Shown here: positions 1-9,431 of the stretch, piece after piece
How the letters are laid out: the number at the start of each line of letters is the position of its first letter
Numbering within the stretch: position 1 is the first letter of the stretch
Sequence record: PV340856.1
Length of the DNA stretch: 64,000 nt
Direction: 5' to 3' (one strand)
Program-made: the position numbers and the translations under genes
Notes under the pieces: generated by a model
What the model was told of the DNA's origin: nothing
Databases searched by the model: none
What the model saw: only the letters and a program-made list of their open reading frames with translations

Positions 1-2
1 TA

Positions 3-140
3 TCGAAGGTAACTTTCAAAGACTTATTTCCAACATCATTATCATCTGTCGAATTTGATGCTAAGTCAACTGATATAAATTATATTATGGCATCAGCCAC
101 GTTTAAATATACAATTTTTGATATTGAGAGTTTGCTGTAG
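3..140 (+). CDS. C-terminal fragment of tail completion / tube-like protein (T4 gp3 family), 5' truncated by window
   Basis: Frame 3 reads SKVTFKDLFPTSLSSVEFDAKSTDINYIMASATFKYTIFDIESLL*; resembles cyanomyophage gp3 C-terminus and lies in the usual position before uvsY. Confidence 0.65.
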   Translation, partial: SKVTFKDLFPTSLSSVEFDAKSTDINYIMASATFKYTIFDIESLL

Positions 141-141
141 T

Positions 142-570
142 ATGAATCTTGAAATGATTGAGAATCTTTGGGAACAAGATTCCAAAATTGATAACGATGA
201 TCTTCACTTAGAGTCAACAAAAATTCCATCCTTACACTCGAAGTATTATAAAATCTATAATAATATTCTTGTTTTAAAAAAAGGGCAGGAAAATAAATTC
301 AAAGTGTTAAGAAAAGAAAAATGGGAGTATTACTCTGGTAAAGCAAAACCAGAAGTATATACAGAAAAACCATTTGACTTCAAGGTATTAAAATCAGACA
401 TTGACAAATATCTTGATTCTGATGAAGATCTTATTAAATGTCTCACAAAAGTTGAATATTATCAAATTGAATTGGATTATCTTGAAAGTATTCTCAAGGT
501 AATTTTAAACAGAACATACCAGATTAAAAACGCTATTGAATGGCAGAGGTTTATTAGAGGATATGACTGA
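142..570 (+). CDS. uvsY: Recombination mediator UvsY
   Basis: MNLEMIENLWEQDSKID..LHSKYY..AIEWQRF; ATG at 142 right after upstream stop; upstream of uvsW. Confidence 0.9.
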   Translation: MNLEMIENLWEQDSKIDNDDLHLESTKIPSLHSKYYKIYNNILVLKKGQENKFKVLRKEKWEYYSGKAKPEVYTEKPFDFKVLKSDIDKYLDSDEDLIKCLTKVEYYQIELDYLESILKVILNRTYQIKNAIEWQRFIRGYD

Positions 571-2026
571 TTTAATCATTGAAAAGAAAAATGAGGTGTT
601 TCTTAAGATTAAAGCAGAACCTCATGTAAATCAGGAACTATCAGATCATTTTACTTTTGACGTTCCTGGAGCAAAATTTATGCCCCAATATCGTAGTAAG
701 TATTGGGATGGAAAGATACGATTATTCTCTACGGCAACTGGAGAAATTTATGTTGGTCTTTTGGATAAAGTATGTGCATGGGCAAAAAAATCCGACTACT
801 CTGTAAGTTTTAAAGACAATAAATTTTATGGAACTCCCTTTGAAAAGAATGACAATATCTCTAGGGAAGGTATAGAAGATTATATGAAATCAATTTCCAA
901 GCACACTCCTAGAGATTATCAAATTGAAGGAGTATATGATGCGCTTAGATATAATAGAAGGTTATTGATTTCTCCAACTGCTTCTGGAAAATCTTTGATG
1001 ATTTATTCTATTGTTAGATATTCGATAGAAAAAGATAGAAAAGTTTTACTAGTTGTTCCTACTACATCATTAGTAGAACAGATGTATAAGGACTTTGAAG
1101 ACTATGGATGGAATGCCCAACAGTATTGTTACAAGATATATGGAGGCAAAACTCGTATTGCCAAAAAGGATGTTGTTATCAGTACTTGGCAGTCTATCTA
1201 CAAAATGGACCGTAAGTGGTTTGGTCAGTTTGATGTCATCATTGGTGATGAGGCACACCAGTTTAAATCCAAGTCTTTAGTTTCAATCATGTCCAAACTT
1301 TCGGATGCCAAGTATCGATATGGATTTACTGGAACTCTTGATGGATCACAAACACATAAATGGGTTTTGGAAGGATTATTTGGACCTAGTTATAAGATTA
1401 CACAAACAGCGGAGTTAATTAAAAAGGGACATTTATCTAAACTTGATATTCGAGTTCTTTTACTAAAACACCCACCAAGGACATTTGATACTTATGAAGA
1501 TGAAATTCAATATATTATTTCACATAATCAGAGAACTAACTTTATTAAAAACTTAGCTTTAAGTTTAAAAGGAAATACTTTAATCTTATTCCAAAGAGTA
1601 GAATCTCATGGAAAAATTATTCATGAGTTAATAAATAATTCAGTTGATAATAATCGAAAAGTATTTTATGTTCATGGTGGTGTAGATGCTGAAGAACGTG
1701 AACAGGTAAGAGAAATTACCGAGAGGGAAATAAATTCTATTATTGTTGCTTCATATGGCACCTTCTCTACAGGCATCAATATCAAAAATTTACATAACGT
1801 AGTTTTTGCTTCGCCTAGTAAATCAAGAATTAGAAATCTCCAATCGATTGGTAGAGTTCTAAGAAAAGGAAGCAATAAAGATAAAGCCATGCTTTACGAT
1901 ATTGCAGATGATATTACTTGTCAAGGGAAAAAAAACTACACTCTCAATCATTTAATCGAAAGAATTAAAATTTATACCGAAGAAGATTTTAATTATGAAT
2001 TTACCCAAATAAAATTAAAAAGCTAA
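563..2026 (+). CDS. uvsW: SF2 DNA helicase UvsW
   Basis: PRDYQ Q-motif, SPTASGKS Walker A, DEAH, QSIGRVLR motif VI; ATG at 563 overlaps uvsY end. Confidence 0.95.
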   Translation: MTDLIIEKKNEVFLKIKAEPHVNQELSDHFTFDVPGAKFMPQYRSKYWDGKIRLFSTATGEIYVGLLDKVCAWAKKSDYSVSFKDNKFYGTPFEKNDNISREGIEDYMKSISKHTPRDYQIEGVYDALRYNRRLLISPTASGKSLMIYSIVRYSIEKDRKVLLVVPTTSLVEQMYKDFEDYGWNAQQYCYKIYGGKTRIAKKDVVISTWQSIYKMDRKWFGQFDVIIGDEAHQFKSKSLVSIMSKLSDAKYRYGFTGTLDGSQTHKWVLEGLFGPSYKITQTAELIKKGHLSKLDIRVLLLKHPPRTFDTYEDEIQYIISHNQRTNFIKNLALSLKGNTLILFQRVESHGKIIHELINNSVDNNRKVFYVHGGVDAEEREQVREITEREINSIIVASYGTFSTGINIKNLHNVVFASPSKSRIRNLQSIGRVLRKGSNKDKAMLYDIADDITCQGKKNYTLNHLIERIKIYTEEDFNYEFTQIKLKS

Positions 2027-2027
2027 T

Positions 2028-2432
2028 ATGGAAGAAGAATTTTATGGAACAATAAAGTTAGTCAGCGGCGAAGAAATCTTTGCAGAAATTCTTCCAACAG
2101 AAGAAAATGGGAGAAGAGTTTTAGTTCTTAGTGATCCAGTTTCTATTGAATCAATATCAATTTCTTCAGGAGAAGGCCTGCGAATGATTCCTTGGATTAA
2201 AACAAATCCAAACGAAGGAATAGTAGTAATTCCAATGCAACATGTGATCACAGTTGTAGAAGCATCTGAAAAATCAGATGTAGTGGAGTCTTACATGAAT
2301 TTTGTCAGATCAAAATTTAATAGACTGTATAAAAAACAAGGCAATGGAACAAAAGTATTCAAAACAACAGTAGAACAAGCTCGAAAAGAACTTGAAAAGA
2401 TTTATAAGATAGAATCTAAAGAAGCTGAATAG
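2028..2432 (+). CDS. Conserved cyanophage hypothetical protein (Sm-like)
   Basis: IKLVSGEEI motif; occupies the slot between uvsW and gp55. Confidence 0.7.
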   Translation: MEEEFYGTIKLVSGEEIFAEILPTEENGRRVLVLSDPVSIESISISSGEGLRMIPWIKTNPNEGIVVIPMQHVITVVEASEKSDVVESYMNFVRSKFNRLYKKQGNGTKVFKTTVEQARKELEKIYKIESKEAE

Positions 2433-2455
2433 TGCTTCTGAACTCTGGCAGAGTA

Positions 2456-2484
2456 ATCATACACAAAATATAGAGCCTTGTCAA
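2456..2484 (-). promoter_or_regulatory. Sigma70-type promoter on minus strand (antisense to 2028-2432 and uvsW)
   Basis: Reverse strand TTGACA-N17-TATGAT. Confidence 0.7.
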
Positions 2485-2485
2485 G

Positions 2486-2514
2486 TTGTCAGTTTCTGCA
2501 CTTCATGATACAAT
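2486..2514 (+). promoter_or_regulatory. Sigma70-type promoter for gp55 operon
   Basis: TTGTCA-N17-TACAAT, back-to-back with the minus-strand promoter. Confidence 0.65.
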
Positions 2515-2540
2515 ATTAATATTTACAGGAGATCAATGAA

Positions 2541-3014
2541 ATGGCTGCTAGAAAGAGGTCTGAACATTATGTAAACAACAAAGAATTTTTGTATGCTATT
2601 GTTCAGTATAAGAAAGATGTAAAGGATGCTGAGGAAGCAGGTCAACCAAAACCTCGCATCACAAATTATCTTGGGGAATGCTTTTTGAAGATTGCAACCC
2701 ACCTATCCTACAAACCAAACTTTGTTAATTACATGTTCCGTGAGGACATGATTTGTGATGGTATTGAAAACTGCGTTCAGTATATTCACAATTTTAATCC
2801 AGAAAAATCTACCAATCCCTTTGCTTACTTCACTCAGATTATTCACTACGCTTTTCTGAGACGTATTCAAAAAGAGAAGAAGCAGATGGAAATCAGAACC
2901 AAGATTCTTGAGAGATCTGGTTATGATGAAGTATTTACAGTCGATGATGACCATGGTAACTCTTTCGAGTATAATAGTATTAAAGACACCATTCAGTCTA
3001 AGATGTATCAATGA
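2541..3014 (+). CDS. gp55: Late-transcription sigma factor gp55
   Basis: HYVNNKEF, YKPNFVNYMFREDMICDGIENC, NPFAYFTQIIHYAFLRRIQKEKKQ. Confidence 0.95.
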   Translation: MAARKRSEHYVNNKEFLYAIVQYKKDVKDAEEAGQPKPRITNYLGECFLKIATHLSYKPNFVNYMFREDMICDGIENCVQYIHNFNPEKSTNPFAYFTQIIHYAFLRRIQKEKKQMEIRTKILERSGYDEVFTVDDDHGNSFEYNSIKDTIQSKMYQ

Positions 3015-4054
3015 AGATTGCGATTATTACGGACACGCATTATGGTTGTAGGCGGTCGTCTAAGGCTTTTCATGATTATTTTCAAAAATTTTATGATGAC
3101 ATTTTCTTTCCTTACATAAAGGAAGAAGGAATCACTCATTGTATTCATATGGGTGATGCTTTTGATAATAGAAAAAGTATTGATTTTTGGGCTCTTGATT
3201 GGGCTAGAACAAATGTATATGATAAATTTAGAGATCTTGGTGTGAAGGTCTGGCAACTTGCAGGCAATCATGATACATATTTCAAAAATACTAATGAAGT
3301 CAATTCTATTGATTCTCTTCTGAAAGATTATGATAATCTAATTCCGATTTCATCTCCTGGTGAATATGATATTGATGGATTCAAAGCTTTCATGATTCCT
3401 TGGATTTGTGATGATAATTTGGAAGAAACGAAGAAAAAAATAGATAAAACAAAAATCAAAGTTGCTTTTGGTCATCTTGAAATCAATGGGTTTCAACTGT
3501 ATCCTGGGTGCGTTCAACAGGGGGGTATCGATAAAGAACTGTTCAAGAAGTTTCAGTTAGTATTTTCTGGGCATTATCATACTCGTAGTAATGATGGACA
3601 AGTATATTACCTTGGCAATCCATATCAAATGTATTGGAATGATGTTGGTGACATTCGTGGATTCAATGTGATTGACACTGAAACTTATGAAATGGAGTTC
3701 ATTCAAAATCCATATACAATGTTTGAAAAGGTTTACTACGATGATACTCCCTCCGAACTTTTCAAAGCCCATCTATACGAAAATAAGATTGTCAAATTAA
3801 TTGTTAGGAAAAAAACAGATCAAAAAAAATTCGATAAATTTGTAGATAAACTTCTCAAATCCAAAGCAATTGATATTAAGATTATTGAATCTTTGGATGT
3901 CAATGATTCGGAGGTTGATTTTAATGGAGATGCTGTAGAAGACACACTAACACTTCTCAATAAATATATTGAAGACTCGGACTTTGATCTTAGTAAAAGT
4001 CGAGTAAAGGACTTGCTTCGTGAAGTCTATCTTGAAGCTTGCGAAATGGAGTAA
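3011..4054 (+). CDS. gp47: Recombination endonuclease subunit gp47 (Mre11/SbcD-like)
   Basis: DTHYG, GDAFD, GNHD, GHLE, SGHYH metallophosphoesterase motifs. Confidence 0.95.
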   Translation: MKIAIITDTHYGCRRSSKAFHDYFQKFYDDIFFPYIKEEGITHCIHMGDAFDNRKSIDFWALDWARTNVYDKFRDLGVKVWQLAGNHDTYFKNTNEVNSIDSLLKDYDNLIPISSPGEYDIDGFKAFMIPWICDDNLEETKKKIDKTKIKVAFGHLEINGFQLYPGCVQQGGIDKELFKKFQLVFSGHYHTRSNDGQVYYLGNPYQMYWNDVGDIRGFNVIDTETYEMEFIQNPYTMFEKVYYDDTPSELFKAHLYENKIVKLIVRKKTDQKKFDKFVDKLLKSKAIDIKIIESLDVNDSEVDFNGDAVEDTLTLLNKYIEDSDFDLSKSRVKDLLREVYLEACEME

Positions 4055-4056
4055 AG

Positions 4057-4329
4057 ATGTTCATTCTATCACTCTCGGGACATGAAGGAGAAGGTGCTTA
4101 TTCGTTGGAAGATGACGAAGGCATTAAACAACTTTACATGTTTGAGGAAGAGGATGATGCTGAAAGATATGCAGGACTTTTAGAAGCCGATGATTATCAT
4201 AAATTATCCGTTGTTGAAATTGATGAAGAACTTGCCATCGAAGCTTGCAACAGGTATAATTATAAGTACATAATCGTGACACCCGAAGATATAGTATTCC
4301 CTCCGTATGATAGTATTTCAGAAGATTAG
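4057..4329 (+). CDS. Conserved acidic hypothetical protein
   Basis: ORF between gp47 and gp46; LYMFEEEDDAERY. Confidence 0.7.
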   Translation: MFILSLSGHEGEGAYSLEDDEGIKQLYMFEEEDDAERYAGLLEADDYHKLSVVEIDEELAIEACNRYNYKYIIVTPEDIVFPPYDSISED

Positions 4330-6022
4330 GTGGAAAAACTTTCTTTCTACAGGAAATAACTTCAATGATATTGATTTTAGAAAGTCTCCAACAACACTTA
4401 TTGTTGGATCGAATGGTGCTGGAAAATCTACAATTTTAGACGCTCTTACTTTTGTCTTATACAATAAGCCGTTTAGGAAAGTAAACAAGAGTCAACTAGT
4501 AAACAGTGTTAACGAAAAAGATTGCATTGTTGAAATTGAATTTGATATCAATGATAGATCTTATAAAGTTATTAGGGGCATCAAACCTAATGTGTTTGAG
4601 ATTCACTGTAATGGAGAATTATGGAACCAGGACGCATCTGCTCTTGACCAACAAAAACATTTAGAAGATAATATTTTAAAGTTAAACTATAAGTCTTTCA
4701 CTCAAACAGTTATTCTTGGTTCAGCTACTTTTGTTCCATTTATGCAACTCAGTTCTTCTCACAGGAGAGATATTGTTGAGGATCTTTTGGACATTAAGAT
4801 TTTTTCTGGCATGGGAAAAATTCTTGCTGATAGAATGAGACAGATAAAACAAGATATTCGAGATCTGTCACTTCAAAAAGATTTGGTGGAAGAAAAAATT
4901 TCCATGCAAAAAAACTTTATTAAAGACCTAGATGAGAGAGGTAAGGTTAATATTGAGAATAAGAAGTCTAAAATTGAAGCGTTGTCAAAAGATATTGACA
5001 ACTTGATGGGGGATAACCGTACACTCAATGAAAATATTAGAGATGTGTATCAACCACAACTTCAAGAACTGAGTGACCCCACAAAATCTCTCAGGAGGAT
5101 GAATGGAGTCAAAGCAAAACTGGAACAAAAGATACAAAACATAACCAAAGAACATAAGTTTTTCAAGGATAATTCGGTTTGTCCCACCTGTGGACAGGAT
5201 ATTGAGGAACAGTTTCGTGTAAATAAAGTAGGAGAGATTGAAGATCAAGTACAAGAAATTAATACGGCATACAAAGCACTCAAGAAAACTATCTCTGAAG
5301 AACAGGATAGGGAGAAAGAGTTTGCTCAGCTCTCTAAGTTGATCTCTGACAAAACGCATGACATCTCTACTAACAATACTAAAATCTCTGAATATCAAAA
5401 ACAAACCAGAAGTTTGGAATCTGAAATTCAAGAGATTGCCTCGCAAATTGCAAACAGAAATTCTGAGAGAGATGCCCTTAAAAAGTTAGAAAAGGAACTT
5501 AAGTCGGTAGAGAAGAACAAGTCCGAACAGACAGAAAGTGTTTCCTATCTAGATTTTGCTCATTCCCTTATGAAGGATAACGGAGTTAAATCTAAGATCA
5601 TTAAAAGATATCTCCCAGTGATGAATAAGCAGATCAATATGTATCTGCAACAAATGGATTTCTATATCAACTTTACATTGGATGAGGAATTTAAGGAGAA
5701 TGTCAAGTCTCCTATTCATGAGAACTTTAGTTATGATTCCTTTTCCGAAGGCGAAAAAATGAGAATTGATCTTGCTCTTCTGTTTACTTGGAGAGATATT
5801 GCCAAGATGAAGAATTCATCATCTACAAATCTTCTTATCTTGGATGAGATCTTTGATAGTTCTTTGGATGTAACTGGAACAGACGAGTTTACAAAGATTG
5901 TGAGATATGCTATTAAAGATGCAAATGTGTTTGTCATTTCACATAATACTCAGGATCTTCAAGACAGATTTGATAGTATGATTACCTTTAGTAAGATAAA
6001 CGGATTCTCAAAAGTCAGTTGA
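4307..6022 (+). CDS. gp46: Recombination endonuclease subunit gp46 (Rad50/SbcC-like)
   Basis: GSNGAGKS Walker A, CPTCGQ zinc hook, FSEGEKMRIDLAL signature, LDEIFD Walker B. Confidence 0.95.
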   Translation: MIVFQKIRWKNFLSTGNNFNDIDFRKSPTTLIVGSNGAGKSTILDALTFVLYNKPFRKVNKSQLVNSVNEKDCIVEIEFDINDRSYKVIRGIKPNVFEIHCNGELWNQDASALDQQKHLEDNILKLNYKSFTQTVILGSATFVPFMQLSSSHRRDIVEDLLDIKIFSGMGKILADRMRQIKQDIRDLSLQKDLVEEKISMQKNFIKDLDERGKVNIENKKSKIEALSKDIDNLMGDNRTLNENIRDVYQPQLQELSDPTKSLRRMNGVKAKLEQKIQNITKEHKFFKDNSVCPTCGQDIEEQFRVNKVGEIEDQVQEINTAYKALKKTISEEQDREKEFAQLSKLISDKTHDISTNNTKISEYQKQTRSLESEIQEIASQIANRNSERDALKKLEKELKSVEKNKSEQTESVSYLDFAHSLMKDNGVKSKIIKRYLPVMNKQINMYLQQMDFYINFTLDEEFKENVKSPIHENFSYDSFSEGEKMRIDLALLFTWRDIAKMKNSSSTNLLILDEIFDSSLDVTGTDEFTKIVRYAIKDANVFVISHNTQDLQDRFDSMITFSKINGFSKVS

Positions 6023-6091
6023 AGAACTGTCCATGGGGGCATGGACCATGCCTTGGTATGATGTATAGTATATGCATACGAGACAACTTCC

Positions 6092-8257
6092 ATGGTCAAC
6101 TACGAAGTCAAGGGACAACTTGCAAAGCTTCTTGCAACTGAAGATCTCATCATTGAGAACAGGACAGTCTCTACTGCATCCTTTGATGTTCGTAGGAGAG
6201 TTCTTACTCTTCCGTTGTGGGAACGTGCTTCTACGACCGTATATGATCTTCTTGTGGGTCATGAAGTAGGACACGCTTTATATACACCAGATACTAATTG
6301 GAAACTGAAATATCCTGATCTTCCTGGCAGTTTTGTCAATGTTTTGGAAGACTCTAGGGTAGAGAGACTGATCAAGAGGAAGTTTCCTGGGATGACCAAA
6401 ACTTTTTATCGTGGATATCATCATCTCTCTGACCAAGATTTCTTTGGGATTGATGATGAAGATGTTGACTCCATGTCTTTCATGGATCGCATCAATCTTT
6501 ATATCAAAATCGGTAACTTTATTGATATAAACTTCACTGAAAATGAAAAGAGCCTTGTCTCAGAAGTTGAGCGCACTGAAACATTTGAAGAAGTTCTAGA
6601 ACTTTCTTTCAAAATCTTTAAATATTTGAAAGAAATGGAAGTAAAATCTCCTCCTCAAGTTGAGACTCCTGCTGGTAATAAACAGGGTGATGTAGAGGAC
6701 ACACCTTCCCCCCAAAGTTCTCCTGAAGGTTCTAATGATAAAGATGATAAATCTGATTCTGAATCGGAATCTGATAATGACTTTAGCGAGTTTACTAATG
6801 AGATCCAAGAAGAACCTAGGGGTGGTTCTGAGTTTGATACAGTTACTGATAAGAACTTCGATGATGCCGTCGAAGAATTGAATAGTGACTATCCATCTCG
6901 TCGCGATATTAATTACTTGGAGACCCCAGAAGTTAAAATTGACAATGTAATTGCAAAAAATTCTGAGATTCATGAGACTCTGAATAATTTTTATGAAATT
7001 ACTTTTCAAATGAGAAAAAATGAGTATGGGGTAGAAGTTGCTAATGAAATCTTTTCTGGAGTAGATAATGAGTACCTACTCTTCAAAAAACAATCACAGA
7101 AAGAAGTCAACTACCTCGTCAAAGAATTTGAGTGCCGTAAAGCCGCAGACTCTTATGCTCGTGCTGCTGTTAGTAGGACTGGAGTTCTTGATACAGGGAA
7201 GTTACATACTTATCGATACAATGAAGACCTGTTCAAAAAAGTAACAACTATTGCTGACGGCAAGAATCATGGTCTAGTGTTTGTTCTAGACTGGTCTGGA
7301 TCTATGTCCGATGTCCTTATGGATACAGTGAAGCAACTGTATAACCTGATTTGGTTTTGTAAAAAAGTCAACATTCCTTATGAGGTATATGCTTTCACCA
7401 ATCATTGGGCTTCTTGGAAACGTGATAATGATGGACATTATCAAGATCCTGAAGATCATGTGGATGAGAAAATTGAAAATCAATTCCATATTTCTCCTGA
7501 CTTTCACATGATGAATGTTCTCTCTAGTAAAGTTCGATCTTCTGATTTTGAGAATCAGATGAAAAACTTCTATCGACTTGCGTATAGTGCTGATTCCAGG
7601 GGATATCGATGGGGTGGTGCTAGTTATCAAATTCCTGCACAACTTTCTCTTTCTGGAACTCCTTTGCATGAAGCTCTGATCTCCTTAAATGCAATTCTCC
7701 CGCAGTTCAAAAAATTTACGGGGGTGGATAAAATGCATACTATTATCCTTACCGATGGTGAAGCTCCTCCTTTGAAATATCACCGAATGATTTCTTATAA
7801 TGAACGGAAACCTTTCTGGGGATTGCGTCAGGTTTATATGGAGGATTTTATCCGAGACCGCAAAACTGGAAACTCATTTAGGATTGATCATCCTTATCAT
7901 GGTCTTACTACTGCTCTTTTAAATCAGCTGCGAGTTCGATTTCCTCAAACCAGCTTTATTGGTATGCGACTTCTTTCTCCTAGAGATGCAAGTGCTTTTA
8001 TCCGCCGATTTATTACAAATTGTGGAGAGTCGGAAAAACTGATTGCTCAATACAAGAAAGATAGGTCTTTCTCTATGGTTGATGTTGGTTATCAAACATA
8101 CTTTGGTCTTTCTTCATCTGCCCTCAATTCTGACTCTTCTTTTGAAGTAAATGAAGACGCTACGAAAGCTCAGATTAAATCCGCTTTCAAAAAATCTTTG
8201 TCTGCTAAAAAGATGAATAAAAAAATTCTTGGAGAGTTTATTTCTCTGATTGCCTAA
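6092..8257 (+). CDS. CobT-like protein: N-terminal HEXXH metallopeptidase-like domain plus vWA domain
   Basis: GHEVGH, NVLEDSRVE; MIDAS DWSGSM, GTPL, LTDGE; directly upstream of a MoxR/CobS ATPase. Confidence 0.8.
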   Translation: MVNYEVKGQLAKLLATEDLIIENRTVSTASFDVRRRVLTLPLWERASTTVYDLLVGHEVGHALYTPDTNWKLKYPDLPGSFVNVLEDSRVERLIKRKFPGMTKTFYRGYHHLSDQDFFGIDDEDVDSMSFMDRINLYIKIGNFIDINFTENEKSLVSEVERTETFEEVLELSFKIFKYLKEMEVKSPPQVETPAGNKQGDVEDTPSPQSSPEGSNDKDDKSDSESESDNDFSEFTNEIQEEPRGGSEFDTVTDKNFDDAVEELNSDYPSRRDINYLETPEVKIDNVIAKNSEIHETLNNFYEITFQMRKNEYGVEVANEIFSGVDNEYLLFKKQSQKEVNYLVKEFECRKAADSYARAAVSRTGVLDTGKLHTYRYNEDLFKKVTTIADGKNHGLVFVLDWSGSMSDVLMDTVKQLYNLIWFCKKVNIPYEVYAFTNHWASWKRDNDGHYQDPEDHVDEKIENQFHISPDFHMMNVLSSKVRSSDFENQMKNFYRLAYSADSRGYRWGGASYQIPAQLSLSGTPLHEALISLNAILPQFKKFTGVDKMHTIILTDGEAPPLKYHRMISYNERKPFWGLRQVYMEDFIRDRKTGNSFRIDHPYHGLTTALLNQLRVRFPQTSFIGMRLLSPRDASAFIRRFITNCGESEKLIAQYKKDRSFSMVDVGYQTYFGLSSSALNSDSSFEVNEDATKAQIKSAFKKSLSAKKMNKKILGEFISLIA

Positions 8258-8327
8258 AACCAGTCAGGAAACTGGCACAAAATCCCAAGACACACTGGGT
8301 TTTTCTCAGTATATTGTATACATACCA

Positions 8328-9431
8328 ATGAGGTTTCAAATGACCGCCCGCGTGAACTCCGATTCTCTGATTAACTCTCTTCGTGATCTTTATGGAGAGA
8401 CTATTACGTCTGCTGACGTTCGTGGCTATTGTGCATCCAATGGTGTTTCTTATCCTACCGTCACTAAGTATCTTGATAGTTACAAGTCTGGTCGTGGTAA
8501 GTGGAATCTGACAGTTCAGGAAGCTCGGCAACAACTTGAAACAGCAGCTTCTGCACCTGCGTTCATTCCTCCTGTCGAACAAAATCTTATCCCACAGAAA
8601 GATGATACTTTCGTCAAGTTTGGTAATTTCACTGATATTAAAAAAATTATTAAGTCCAATCTATTCTATCCGACGTTCATTACTGGTCTTTCTGGTAACG
8701 GCAAGACGTTCTCTATCGAACAAGCGTGTGCTCAACTCGGACGGGAACTCATCCGTGTAAACATTACTATCGAGACAGATGAAGATGATCTCATTGGTGG
8801 ATTCCGTCTCGTCAATGGTGAAACCGTTTGGCACAATGGTCCAGTCATCGAAGCCCTGGAGCGCGGTGCGATTCTACTGCTTGACGAGATTGACCTGGCT
8901 TCCAACAAGATTCTTTGCCTTCAATCAATCCTCGAAGGAAAAGGTGTTTTCCTAAAGAAAATCGGTAAGTTTGTTCGACCTACTGCAGGTTTTAATGTCA
9001 TCGCCACGGCCAACACCAAGGGCAAGGGATCTGACGATGGACGATTCATTGGAACTAACGTGCTCAACGAAGCATTCCTAGAGCGTTTCCCTGTCACCTT
9101 TGAGCAGGAGTATCCAACTCCGTCAACTGAACAAAAGATTCTTGAAGGTATTGCTCTGGATCTTGGGGTAGAAGATCGTGACTTCTGCAAACGTCTTGTG
9201 GACTGGGCAGATATTATTCGTAAGACCTTTTATGACGGTGGTGTTGAGGAAATTATCTCTACTCGTCGTCTCGTCCACATTATCCGTGCTTATAACATCT
9301 TTGGTGATAAAGCGAAAGCAATTCAAGTTTGCTTGAATCGTTTCGATGATGAGACGAAGCAAGCATTTATGGATCTCTACGATAAAGTAGATACCGAAGT
9401 TGATTTTGGAGAAGGAGAAGAAAATGAATGA
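8328..9431 (+). CDS. cobS: CobS-like MoxR-family AAA+ ATPase
   Basis: GLSGNGKT Walker A, LLLDEID Walker B, ATANTKG, NEAFLERF; start 8328 or 8340. Confidence 0.9.
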   Translation: MRFQMTARVNSDSLINSLRDLYGETITSADVRGYCASNGVSYPTVTKYLDSYKSGRGKWNLTVQEARQQLETAASAPAFIPPVEQNLIPQKDDTFVKFGNFTDIKKIIKSNLFYPTFITGLSGNGKTFSIEQACAQLGRELIRVNITIETDEDDLIGGFRLVNGETVWHNGPVIEALERGAILLLDEIDLASNKILCLQSILEGKGVFLKKIGKFVRPTAGFNVIATANTKGKGSDDGRFIGTNVLNEAFLERFPVTFEQEYPTPSTEQKILEGIALDLGVEDRDFCKRLVDWADIIRKTFYDGGVEEIISTRRLVHIIRAYNIFGDKAKAIQVCLNRFDDETKQAFMDLYDKVDTEVDFGEGEENE

